The translations under genes and the position numbers were made by a program. This document shows positions 39,543 to 48,424 of a stretch of DNA of 64,000 nucleotides, one piece after another. Origin of the DNA: Spirochaetia bacterium (GTDB lineage: Bacteria; Spirochaetota; Spirochaetia; SZUA-6; Bin103); assembly GCA_965199955.1 (NCBI GenBank), contig CBDATQ010000002.1:128001-192000 (forward strand), read 5' to 3'. Each line of letters opens with the position of its first letter. Within the stretch, counting starts at the first letter, position 1. The notes beneath the pieces are model-generated. The model was not told the origin of the DNA. It saw nothing but the letters and a program-made list of their open reading frames with translations, and did no database searches.

Positions 39543-41840
39543 ATGAGACGCTTCTTCTCCGTATCGCTCATTCTGGCCCTAGCCGTGCTTCCGGCCGCAC
39601 TCGGTTTTGCCGACGAGACCGCTGCCGGGCAGGCGGCCGAAGAGGGCCCCGACATGATGTGGGTCACCTGGATCGGCTCCGTGGCCGCACTCGGTTTCTC
39701 CCTGATCCTGGCGCTCGCCGTGCTGCGCAAGGAGCCCGGCAACGACCGCATGAAGGAACTCAGCCGCGCCGTGCAGGAGGGGGCGATCGCCTACCTGAAG
39801 CAACAGTACAAGGTGGTGGCGATCTTCTTCGTGGTGCTGTTCGCGATCCTGGGGGTGATCTCCTGGGGGCTGGGCCTGCTGTCGGGCTTCGTGCCGTTCG
39901 CGTTCATCACCGGCGGCTTCTTCTCGGCTCTGGCCGGATACATCGGCATGACCGTGGCGACCCGCGCCAACGCGCGCACCGCCTGGGGCGCCCGCGAGAG
40001 CCTCAACGCCGGGCTGCGCGTGGCATTCTCCTCGGGGACGGTGATGGGCATGACCGTCGTCGGCCTGGGGCTGCTGGACATCTCGATCTGGTGGTGGCTG
40101 CTGCGCGCGGTGTTCGAGGTCTCGCCGGAGGAGATCCCGCCGATCATGATCACCTTCGGCATGGGCGCATCGGCGATGGCGCTGTTCGCCCGCCTGGGCG
40201 GCGGCATCTTCACCAAGGCCGCCGACGTCGGCGCAGACCTGGTCGGCAAGGTGGAGGCGGGCATCCCGGAGGACGATCCCCGCAACCCGGCGTCGATCGC
40301 CGACAACGTCGGCGACAACGTCGGCGACGTGGCCGGCATGGGCGCCGACCTGTACGAGTCGTACGTGGGCTCGATCATCGCCACCATGGCGCTGGGAGCG
40401 GTCGCCTCGCTCAGCCTGGACTCGATCTCGACGCTGCAGGCGATACAGGTGCCGGTGTCGATCGCGACCATCGGCGTGCTGTGCTCGATCCTGGGCACCT
40501 TCGTGGTGCGCGCCAAGGGCGACGCCAGCCAGGCGGTGCTGCTCGGCGCGTTGCGGCGCGGCACCTACGGGTCGACCGCGCTGATCGCGATCGGTTCCTT
40601 CCTGCTGGTGATGTTCACGCTCGGCAGCGAGTTCCTGGGAATCTGGGCTGCCATGATCGTCGGGCTAATCGCCGGCAACGTCATCGGCTACTTCACCGAG
40701 TACTACACCTCCGACCACTACAAGCCCACGCAGCTCCTGTCCAACGAGGCGATCACCGGTCCCGCGACCACCATCATCGGCGGCGTCGGCCTGGGCATGC
40801 TCTCCACGCTGATCCCGGTGCTCACGGTGGTCGGCGCGACGCTGGCGGCATTCTTCCTGTCCGGCGGCGCCGCTCATCCCGGCCTCGGGCTGTACGGGAT
40901 CGGGCTGTCCGCGGTCGGCATGCTGTCGACGCTGGGCATCACCCTGGCCACCGACGCCTACGGGCCGGTTGCGGACAACGCCGGCGGCATCGCCGAGATG
41001 GCCAAGATGGAGCCGCACGTGCGCGAGCGCACCGACGCGCTCGACTCGCTGGGCAACACCACGGCCGCCACCGGCAAGGGCTTCGCGATCGGCTCCGCCG
41101 CGCTGACCGCGCTTGCGCTGCTGGCCGAGTACGGCAACAAGATCAAGGAGGCGTTCGAGCAGCTCGACGTGTCGCCGCTGTTCGAGGAGTTCTACTCCGG
41201 CTTGGTCAAGATCGTCCGCGGGGCCGACGGCCACATCATCGGCGTGGACATGAACATCAACCTGCTGGACCCGAAGATCCTGATCGGACTGTTCATCGGC
41301 GCCATGCTGCCGTTCGTGTTCTCGTCCCTGTCGATGCGGGCGGTGGGCCGCGCCGCCGGCGACATGGTCAAGGAGGTGCGCCGGCAGTTCCGGGAGAAGC
41401 CGGGCCTGCTGGAGGGCAAGGACCGCCCGGACTACGCCGGCTGCGTGGCCATCTCCACCCAGGGTGCACAGCGCGAGATGGTGGTGCCGTCGCTGCTGGC
41501 GGTGATAGCCCCGGTCCTGACCGGCATCATCTTCGGGCCGTTCACGGTGATCGCGCTGCTTGCCGGGGCGCTGACCTCCGGCTTCGTGCTGGCCATCATG
41601 ATGGCCAACGCTGGCGGTGCCTGGGACAACGCCAAGAAGTTCATCGAGGGCGGCGCGCACGGCGGCAAGGGTTCGGAGGCGCACAAGGCGGCGGTCGTGG
41701 GCGACACGGTCGGAGATCCATTCAAGGACACCTCCGGGCCGTCGATCAACATCCTGCTGAAGCTCATGTCGATGGTGTCGATCGTGTTCGTGACGACGGT
41801 AATCGCGCTCAACGACCTGTTCATCCGGATCTTCTCGTAG
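39543..41840 (+). CDS. hppA: Membrane-bound ion (Na+/H+)-translocating pyrophosphatase, K+-dependent type
   Basis: DVGADLVGKVE, DNVGDNVGD, GNTTAATGKG (Ala determinant), GDTVGDPFKD. Confidence 0.95.
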   Translation: MRRFFSVSLILALAVLPAALGFADETAAGQAAEEGPDMMWVTWIGSVAALGFSLILALAVLRKEPGNDRMKELSRAVQEGAIAYLKQQYKVVAIFFVVLFAILGVISWGLGLLSGFVPFAFITGGFFSALAGYIGMTVATRANARTAWGARESLNAGLRVAFSSGTVMGMTVVGLGLLDISIWWWLLRAVFEVSPEEIPPIMITFGMGASAMALFARLGGGIFTKAADVGADLVGKVEAGIPEDDPRNPASIADNVGDNVGDVAGMGADLYESYVGSIIATMALGAVASLSLDSISTLQAIQVPVSIATIGVLCSILGTFVVRAKGDASQAVLLGALRRGTYGSTALIAIGSFLLVMFTLGSEFLGIWAAMIVGLIAGNVIGYFTEYYTSDHYKPTQLLSNEAITGPATTIIGGVGLGMLSTLIPVLTVVGATLAAFFLSGGAAHPGLGLYGIGLSAVGMLSTLGITLATDAYGPVADNAGGIAEMAKMEPHVRERTDALDSLGNTTAATGKGFAIGSAALTALALLAEYGNKIKEAFEQLDVSPLFEEFYSGLVKIVRGADGHIIGVDMNINLLDPKILIGLFIGAMLPFVFSSLSMRAVGRAAGDMVKEVRRQFREKPGLLEGKDRPDYAGCVAISTQGAQREMVVPSLLAVIAPVLTGIIFGPFTVIALLAGALTSGFVLAIMMANAGGAWDNAKKFIEGGAHGGKGSEAHKAAVVGDTVGDPFKDTSGPSINILLKLMSMVSIVFVTTVIALNDLFIRIFS

Positions 41841-41852
41841 TACTGCACGCGC

Positions 41853-42542
41853 TCATTCGATGCGGTAGCCGCGGCCGCGAACGGTGACGATCAACCGCCC
41901 GGCCAGGGGCCGGGCGGTGTCAGCCGGCTCCGCGACCGCCGCCAGATGGCGCCGCAGCGCGGTGACGTGCATGTCCACGGCGCGGCTGCGCCGGACCGGC
42001 GGCCGCCCCCAGATCGCGTAGAACAGGGCGTCGCGCGTTACCGTCGAGCCGCGGTTTGCAAGCAGCATGCGCAGGACCTCCGCTTCCTGCGCGCCAAGCG
42101 AGACCGTGCCCGCCGGTCCCGAGAGCGTCCGCCCCAGCAGGCGCAGGGCGCGGCCGTCGCCGAACCGGGTGAACGGCTCCGCGGCGCCGATGATGCGCAG
42201 CGCGCGCAACTCCAACTCCTCCGGCGTCCACGGATCGCGCAGGTAGTCGGCACAGCCGGCCAGGAACAGGCGCGGCAGTTCGGTGTCAGGGCCGAAGGCA
42301 ATCAGCGGCCAGGCAGGCTGAATCGGCCCCGTGAGCAGGGGCTCCGCGGCCTCGGCAGGCATCACGGCGGCCACATAGCGGGGGTCACGCGGCGCGGGGG
42401 GCTCTTCGACAAGGTCGAGATCGAAACCCTTGATACGCCGGGAATAGGAGTCCATGCGCGCAGCGAGGGCGCCCGACGATGCCATCAGGCAGACTCGCGG
42501 CGGATCCCCCAACCCCATGCCAGCAGACGCCCGACAGAGCAC
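41853..42542 (-). CDS. OmpR-type winged-helix regulator with degenerate receiver (start uncertain)
   Basis: GCADYLRDPW, TRDALFYAIWG, RAVDMHVTALRR, TVRGRGY. Confidence 0.75.
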   Translation of the reverse strand: MLCRASAGMGLGDPPRVCLMASSGALAARMDSYSRRIKGFDLDLVEEPPAPRDPRYVAAVMPAEAAEPLLTGPIQPAWPLIAFGPDTELPRLFLAGCADYLRDPWTPEELELRALRIIGAAEPFTRFGDGRALRLLGRTLSGPAGTVSLGAQEAEVLRMLLANRGSTVTRDALFYAIWGRPPVRRSRAVDMHVTALRRHLAAVAEPADTARPLAGRLIVTVRGRGYRIE

Positions 42543-42747
42543 GCCTCGGTCGTGGTCAGCCGCGAGACGTGCGCCATGCAGGCGACGCCATACTTGGCGG
42601 ATGTGCCGGTCGCGTTACCACGCACCTTAAACTTGGACGAACCCTTCTGTCTATAAATGGTGGGATACGGTCGCCGGCGTTGTGGGACGAGGGGGCCCCA
42701 ACTCGTCGGCGGGTGCCTCCAGGGAGAGGTGTGAACCGAACAAGCAG

Positions 42748-42783
42748 GATAATTGATAATAACTAATCGTTATCGTTATAATC
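42748..42783 (+). promoter_or_regulatory. Fur/Zur-family operator overlapping the -10 box
   Basis: AT-rich GATAATTGATAATAACTAATCGTTATCGTTATAATC with GATAAT hexamers and an ATAAC/GTTAT inverted repeat. Confidence 0.65.
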
Positions 42784-42789
42784 CATACC

Positions 42790-43761
42790 ATGAGACATCA
42801 GAAGACATGGACGTTCGCCGTTGCCGTCATGGCGCTGGCCGGCACGCTGGCCCTTGCCCAGGATCAAAGGGAGGGGCCGGCGACGGATCTCCTGCCGGTC
42901 GTGGCGACCACCAACATCGTCGGCAACATCGTCGCCCGGGTCGGCGGTGACCGCCTGTCGCTGTACGTGATGCTGCCGCCCGGAGCCGACCCGCATGCGT
43001 TTCGGGCGACCGCTCGTGACGCCCGCGAGGCAGCGGATGCGGCCATCGTGTTCATCAACGGCGCGGGGCTGGAGGCGGGGTTCCTCGGAGACCTGATCGC
43101 GAGCGCCGAGCCGCGGCTCGTGGTCGACCTGACTGCGCATCTGAGCCTCCGGCGCATGGACGACGAGCATGAGGACGAGCACGACCACGATGAGCACGAC
43201 CACGATGAGCACGGGCACGACCACGGCGAGTTTGACCCGCACGTGTGGATGGACCCGACCCTGGTCACGGCTTGGGCCGAGGAGATCGCGGAAGCGCTCG
43301 CCGAGGTCGATCCCGACCACGGCGCCGACTATGCGGAGCGCGCGGCCGCGCTTGTCGGCGAGCTGCATGCGCTGGACGCGTGGATACGGGAACGGGTGGC
43401 CGCGATTCCGCGGGACCGGCGGATCCTGGTCACCGACCACGACGTGTTCGGCTACTTCGTCGACCGCTACGGCTTCACCGTTCTCGACACCATCATTCCC
43501 GGGTTCTCAACGGTGTCCGAGCCGTCCGCGCGCCACTTGGCGAACCTGCGCGAAGCGATCGCCGAACATGGGGTGCCGGCGATCTTCGTGGGCCTGACGG
43601 TGAGCTCGGACGTGGCACAGGTGATCGCCGACGACCTGGGGATCGAGATGGTCTCAGTGTACACCGGGTCGTTGAGCGAGCCGGACGGTCCGGCGGCGAC
43701 GTATCCGGACTTCATCCGCACCAACGTCGACCGAATCGTCGACGCACTTGCAGGGAGCTGA
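42790..43761 (+). CDS. Metal (Zn/Mn) ABC substrate-binding protein, ZnuA/TroA family
   Basis: DPHAF, His/Asp/Glu-rich loop, DPHVWMDP, HDVFGYF. Confidence 0.92.
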   Translation: MRHQKTWTFAVAVMALAGTLALAQDQREGPATDLLPVVATTNIVGNIVARVGGDRLSLYVMLPPGADPHAFRATARDAREAADAAIVFINGAGLEAGFLGDLIASAEPRLVVDLTAHLSLRRMDDEHEDEHDHDEHDHDEHGHDHGEFDPHVWMDPTLVTAWAEEIAEALAEVDPDHGADYAERAAALVGELHALDAWIRERVAAIPRDRRILVTDHDVFGYFVDRYGFTVLDTIIPGFSTVSEPSARHLANLREAIAEHGVPAIFVGLTVSSDVAQVIADDLGIEMVSVYTGSLSEPDGPAATYPDFIRTNVDRIVDALAGS

Positions 43762-43838
43762 CGGTCTGCGCGCTACGCTGCCGCCGGATCCGTTTCCGGA
43801 GCTTCGCATGGCAGAGGCTTCAACATGACCGGACGCCG

Positions 43839-44567
43839 TCAGCCGCCCGGCGACGTCCCTTGGCTCGTGCTCTCGTGGGACTTGTCTTCGATCTGCCCCA
43901 TCTTCCGCTTCAGGTCTTCCAGTAGCCTGTCCCCGGACGTGTCACGTCCTTCGAGCTGCCGGAACTCCCGTTCGAGCGCCTTGTCGCCGGCGTCGAGCTG
44001 GTCGATCTCCTGCTCGGCGTCCACCTGCGCTTCGATCTGGTCGACCTTCTTGGCCATGCGGTCGAACGCCTCGAACGCCGACGTGTCGCGCGAGGTGCTC
44101 AGGGTGGCCTGGATACGCTGCTGCGCCTCCGCCCGCTTGGCGCGGGCGATCAGGATGTTCTTCTTGCGTTGCGCTTCCTCGATCTTCTGCGTCAGGTCGC
44201 GCAGCGATCCCTTGAGCTGCTCGACCGAATCGCGCTGCGCCTGCCACTGGTCCTGATAGCTGGAGACGTACTCGTCAAGCTCCTGCTTGCGGACCAGGGC
44301 CCGCTTGGCCAGATCGTCCTGTCCCTCCTGCACCGCGAGAACGGCCCGCTTTTCCCAGTCGTCGGCCTGGGTGCGCTGCTGCAGGAGCTGGCGTTCGAGC
44401 TGCTTCTCGTCGGCGATCGCTCCGGCTACCGCCTTCTTGGATTCGATGAGCTGGCCGCTCATGTCCTCGATCAACTGCGTGAGCATCTTCTCGGGATTCT
44501 CCGCCTTGCTGATCATGTCGTTCACGTTCGACTTGACCACCCTGCGGAACCGATCGAACAGGCCCAT
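43839..44567 (-). CDS. pspA: PspA/IM30 family protein
   Basis: MGLFDRFRRVVKSNVN, KAENPEKML, DDLAKRAL, FDRMAKKV coiled coil. Confidence 0.92.
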   Translation of the reverse strand: MGLFDRFRRVVKSNVNDMISKAENPEKMLTQLIEDMSGQLIESKKAVAGAIADEKQLERQLLQQRTQADDWEKRAVLAVQEGQDDLAKRALVRKQELDEYVSSYQDQWQAQRDSVEQLKGSLRDLTQKIEEAQRKKNILIARAKRAEAQQRIQATLSTSRDTSAFEAFDRMAKKVDQIEAQVDAEQEIDQLDAGDKALEREFRQLEGRDTSGDRLLEDLKRKMGQIEDKSHESTSQGTSPGG

Positions 44568-44568
44568 T

Positions 44569-44976
44569 TCAGCCGCCCTCCGTTTTGACCAGCGGCACGA
44601 GCCGCTCATAGTGCTCGGCGACCGACAGGCTGATCGCGTCGAGCGTTGCCTGAAACTCCTCGATATCGATGGTCTCGCTGAGCAGCGTGTTCATCAACAC
44701 GACGGAGGTACCTCCCAGGTCGTCGCCTTCCAGTGCGTAGGCGCCATGCAAGAGGTCGGTGCCGTTCAGGCGCAGCAACTCCTCGTAGAGGGCGCAGCGG
44801 TCGCCCGGCGGCAGGTCGGCGACCTTGAGCCGGAAGATGATCACCGGTTCCTCGTGCACGACGATTACGTTCTCGACGCCGCGCTCCTCATCATTGATGA
44901 TCCAGGTTTCGGCGTCCAGCTCGTCGAATGACAGGCCGAGCGTGCGGAGAAAGCTCTCGATTCGTTGTCGGGTCAT
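44569..44976 (-). CDS. CesT/YbjN-like (type III chaperone fold) protein
   Basis: 135-aa acidic protein, LLRLNGTDLLHGAYALEG. Confidence 0.7.
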   Translation of the reverse strand: MTRQRIESFLRTLGLSFDELDAETWIINDEERGVENVIVVHEEPVIIFRLKVADLPPGDRCALYEELLRLNGTDLLHGAYALEGDDLGGTSVVLMNTLLSETIDIEEFQATLDAISLSVAEHYERLVPLVKTEGG

Positions 44977-45557
44977 GCTGCGAATACCTGTGCGCCGTGG
45001 TTTATCGCCAGGACCGCCTGGCAGCTCGAGCAGCGGAACCGACCGGGCTTGACGGCGCGAAGCCTGGTCGTACATGTCGGGCACTCGAGCACGTGCGGAA
45101 AGAGGACCGCGGGCGCGGCCTGCCCGGGTGAGGCAAGATGCGAAACCGCTTCCTCCACGTCCAGGGCGACGGGAATCAGGTCGGCGAAACCGAGCAGCCG
45201 GAAGAGCTCGTGGTCCGGTTCCCGCAGGTTGAGCAGCACCAGATCGCCGCCGCGCCGGCGCAGATTTCGTTGCAGGGCCGCGAACGCCCCGATCGCCGTC
45301 CCGGACAGCGTGTCCAGCGCCGTACATTCCAGGATCAGTCGCAGATAACCGGCCTCCACCACGGCGTCGCAGCGGTCGCGGAACCGGCCGACGTTGGCGG
45401 GATCGATCCGGCCGCCGAGATGCAGCACCGCGCAGCCGTCGGCCCCGCCGCTGTCAATATTGCCGAGCGCACGAAGCTGGAGTCCGAAGCCCTGCTCCCG
45501 GACATCCGGACCTTCAGTTGGCTGCCCGGCCCCTGGCTCGGAGTTGTCACTCGGCAC
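44973..45557 (-). CDS. STAS anti-sigma-factor antagonist with C-terminal zinc ribbon
   Basis: LGGRID, DTLSGTAIG, FRLLGF; CPTC...GRFRCSSC. Confidence 0.8.
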   Translation of the reverse strand: MPSDNSEPGAGQPTEGPDVREQGFGLQLRALGNIDSGGADGCAVLHLGGRIDPANVGRFRDRCDAVVEAGYLRLILECTALDTLSGTAIGAFAALQRNLRRRGGDLVLLNLREPDHELFRLLGFADLIPVALDVEEAVSHLASPGQAAPAVLFPHVLECPTCTTRLRAVKPGRFRCSSCQAVLAINHGAQVFAA

Positions 45558-45631
45558 GGCCCCGAAAGTATAGCGGCGGCCCCGGAGAGCGGTCAATTTC
45601 GGGAGGTTGGCCGGCGCGGAAGGATGGTGTG

Positions 45632-46744
45632 CTACCGGAATCTGATCGCGTTCGCATCCACCGTGCGCCGGTCGCCCGGCTGCACGCTCGCCAGCAGGAT
45701 GGCTCGCTCCATGACGTTGCGCAGCTCCCGGACGTTGCCGGGCCAGTGGTGCTCCCCCAGCTTCGCGATCGCCCGCGGAGTCAGACGGAGGTGCGGCGGA
45801 AGGAAATGGTAGGCAAGCTGGACGAGGCCCTGGAGCCGCTCCCGGAGCGGCGGTACGTGGATCAGCAACACGCCCAACCGGTAGTACAGGTCGTCGCGGA
45901 AGCGTCCGGCCCCCATCAGATCGGACAGCACGGCGTTGGTCGCTGCGATCGTGCGCACGTCGACCGGCTTCGTTCGCGTACCGCCGATGCGGGTGACCTC
46001 CTGGGCTTCCAGCACGCGCAGGAGCTTCACCTGCAGATCGGTTCCCATCTCGCCGATCTCGTCCAGGAACAGGGTCCCGTTGTCGGCGCGCTCGAAGCAC
46101 CCGGGGCGGCTGACGGCATCCGTGTAGGCACCGCGCTCGGATCCGAAGAGCTCCGCCTCGACTATGGTGGGAGCGATCGCTCCGCAGTTGATCGCCACCC
46201 ACGGCTGGCCGGCTCTCGGCGAGCTGGCGTGCAGGCTGCGCGCCACCACCTCCTTGCCGACGCCGCTCTCGCCGGAGATCACGACGGGTGAATTGGCCGG
46301 CGCGTACATGGCGACTTCTTCGCGAATGCGCTGCATCTGTGGGCTGGAGCCGATCAGGCCGTCCGTGGCCGCGGTGTTCGGCCGCCGGCGCATCGCCACC
46401 GCCTGGCGGACCGTGGCGCGCAGCTTGTCGAGCGAGAGCGGCTTGATCAGGTAGTCGACCGCGCCGGCCCGCATGGCCTCCACTACCAGCTCGATGTCGT
46501 CGTGGGCGCTGACCATCAGCATCGGCGGCGCGTCGGGGCGGGTGTTCACCTGACGCACAAGCTCGATGCCGTCATCCGTCCCCAGGGCGACGTCCATCAG
46601 GGCCACGTCTACCTGCTCGGCGTCGATCCGTTCGTAGAACTCCGGCGCCGAGCGTGCGCCGATCACGCGGTACTCGGCCGGGAGGATCGCGGCCAGCGTG
46701 TCGTGGATCAGCGGATCGTCGTCCACCAGGAGGATGGTGATTAC
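45632..46744 (-). CDS. Sigma54-interacting response regulator lacking C-terminal HTH (start unresolved)
   Basis: LLVDDD receiver, GESGVGKE, GAYTDA, LFLDEIGE, WPGNVREL; ends about 20 aa after the AAA+ domain. Confidence 0.85.
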   Translation of the reverse strand, partial: VITILLVDDDPLIHDTLAAILPAEYRVIGARSAPEFYERIDAEQVDVALMDVALGTDDGIELVRQVNTRPDAPPMLMVSAHDDIELVVEAMRAGAVDYLIKPLSLDKLRATVRQAVAMRRRPNTAATDGLIGSSPQMQRIREEVAMYAPANSPVVISGESGVGKEVVARSLHASSPRAGQPWVAINCGAIAPTIVEAELFGSERGAYTDAVSRPGCFERADNGTLFLDEIGEMGTDLQVKLLRVLEAQEVTRIGGTRTKPVDVRTIAATNAVLSDLMGAGRFRDDLYYRLGVLLIHVPPLRERLQGLVQLAYHFLPPHLRLTPRAIAKLGEHHWPGNVRELRNVMERAILLASVQPGDRRTVDANAIRFR

Positions 46745-46853
46745 CGCGCCCCCCCGCGTGCCGCCGCGTCGCCCGGAAGGGCGGCCACAAGCGCGCCCTC
46801 GGGGATGATGAACTGCCGCACTCAGTGGACGCGCCGGCGTCCGGCCGGCGCGA

Positions 46854-48338
46854 TCATGACCACTCCCCGGGAGAGGACTCGGCGGCGGCGCTGGCGGGAG
46901 TCCCGGCCTGCGCGGCATCGGGAAAGGAATCCGCGCTGACCTCGCCCGTGCGCAGCAGTCTCACCGCCTCGATCAGGGAAGGGTCGTTGACCAGGTCGTA
47001 GATCGGCGTCCGTCGGTGGATCCGCGCGATGGTGCGCGCAAGCTGGCGGCGGACCAACTGCTCCTCCAGGTCGAACTCGCTCTGCTCCAGGTCGACCAGG
47101 AACCTGCCGATGTCAGCTTCCGTCGGCTCCGGATGGGCGAGCGCGAACCGGATCAGCTGCTTCGACCTGCCGAACTCGCCCAGCGTCTTCTGCTCGTCCT
47201 CGCTCAGCTTCGGCTCGGTGATGCGGTGGGGCGCGACACCCACGCCGTCGATCCTGGTTCCCTCGGGGGTGAGGTAGCGTGAGGTGGTGACCTTGACGGC
47301 GCGATCGTCCTCGATGCGCATGACCTGCTGCACGGATCCCTTTCCGTAACTCTGCTGGCCGACCAGGTAGGCGCGCTCGTGGTCCTTGAGCGCGCCGGCC
47401 AGGATCTCGGCGGCCGACGCCGACACGCTGTCGATCAGCACGACGATGGGAAGATCGGGTTCGACCAGCGTGGCGCGCCGTGTGGCGGTGTACTGGTTCT
47501 CGTTCTCGACGCGCGAACGGGTCTGCACGATCGTTCCCGTCTCCAGAAACAGGTCTGCGATCTCGACGACGGCCGAGAACAGGCCGCCGCGATTGCCGCG
47601 CAGGTCGAGGATCAGCGACCGCGATCGGTCTTCCAGGTCGCGCAGCGCCTCCCGGATCCGGTCCGGGGTCTTGCTGGTGAACTGAGGACTGACGCGCAGG
47701 TAGCCGATTCCGGGGTCGATCACGGCGTAGCGGACAGTGGGGACCTCGATGAGCTGGCGGGTGACGGTAACCTCCAGGGTCTCGTTGCCGGCCCGCACCA
47801 GCGAAACGCGAACGTCGGTGCCGGGAGAGCCGCGCAGGCGGGCCACGACATCGTCCTGGTCCAGGGTGCCGGCCGCCGTGCCGTCGATGGCCACGATCAG
47901 GTCGCCGGCCATGATCCCGGCCGCGTGGGCCGGCGAGCCCACGAACGGCTCGATGACCAGCACGCCGTCGTCGGCGCGGCTGAGATAGAGACCGATGCCG
48001 CCGAACTCGCCGATCGTCATGTCGTTCAACTCGTCGATTTCGTCTTGATCGAGGAACTTCGTGTGGTCATCGCCGACCGCCTCCAACATCCCCCTCAGCG
48101 CCCCGGTCAGCAACCGATCGGTATCGGCGGCGGCGGCGTTCACGTAGTTCAGCCGGACGAAGTTGAATACGTCGCGCAGAATGGCGAGGGCCCGTTCCGA
48201 ATCGCGGTCACGGTTCTGTGCCAGCACCTGGGGCGCCAGGACCATCAGGATGCAGGCGAGCACCGCGGTGGCGGACACGGTCATCCAGAACGTGCGACGT
48301 ACGCCGAGCCTGATCCGGGCCGGCTCGGTGCCTTTCAT
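46854..48338 (-). CDS. ctpA: S41 carboxy-terminal processing protease
   Basis: GEFGGIG PDZ, LDLRGNRGG, SASAAEI, GKGSVQ. Confidence 0.9.
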   Translation of the reverse strand: MKGTEPARIRLGVRRTFWMTVSATAVLACILMVLAPQVLAQNRDRDSERALAILRDVFNFVRLNYVNAAAADTDRLLTGALRGMLEAVGDDHTKFLDQDEIDELNDMTIGEFGGIGLYLSRADDGVLVIEPFVGSPAHAAGIMAGDLIVAIDGTAAGTLDQDDVVARLRGSPGTDVRVSLVRAGNETLEVTVTRQLIEVPTVRYAVIDPGIGYLRVSPQFTSKTPDRIREALRDLEDRSRSLILDLRGNRGGLFSAVVEIADLFLETGTIVQTRSRVENENQYTATRRATLVEPDLPIVVLIDSVSASAAEILAGALKDHERAYLVGQQSYGKGSVQQVMRIEDDRAVKVTTSRYLTPEGTRIDGVGVAPHRITEPKLSEDEQKTLGEFGRSKQLIRFALAHPEPTEADIGRFLVDLEQSEFDLEEQLVRRQLARTIARIHRRTPIYDLVNDPSLIEAVRLLRTGEVSADSFPDAAQAGTPASAAAESSPGEWS

Positions 48339-48384
48339 GGTCGCCTCCGATTCTCGAATTGCGCCGGAGCGTGTGTCAACGCGC

Positions 48385-48416
48385 GATGCGATCTATCATG
48401 GATGCGATCTATCATG
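48385..48416. repeat. 16-bp tandem duplication in the ctpA/lgt divergent promoter
   Basis: GATGCGATCTATCATG x2. Confidence 0.9.
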
Positions 48417-48424
48417 ACGGTCTG

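Noticed and set aside
39659..41887. 742-aa Arg/Gly-rich alternative-frame ORF
   Set aside because: Frame shadow of hppA caused by GC3 bias
42640..42745. Hairpin GACGAG...CTCGTC upstream of the metal SBP as a riboswitch
   Set aside because: No recognisable aptamer motifs, and the likely -10 box lies downstream of it
44569..44976. Type III secretion system suggested by the CesT-like protein
   Set aside because: No T3SS genes in the window; the fold also occurs in non-secretion contexts
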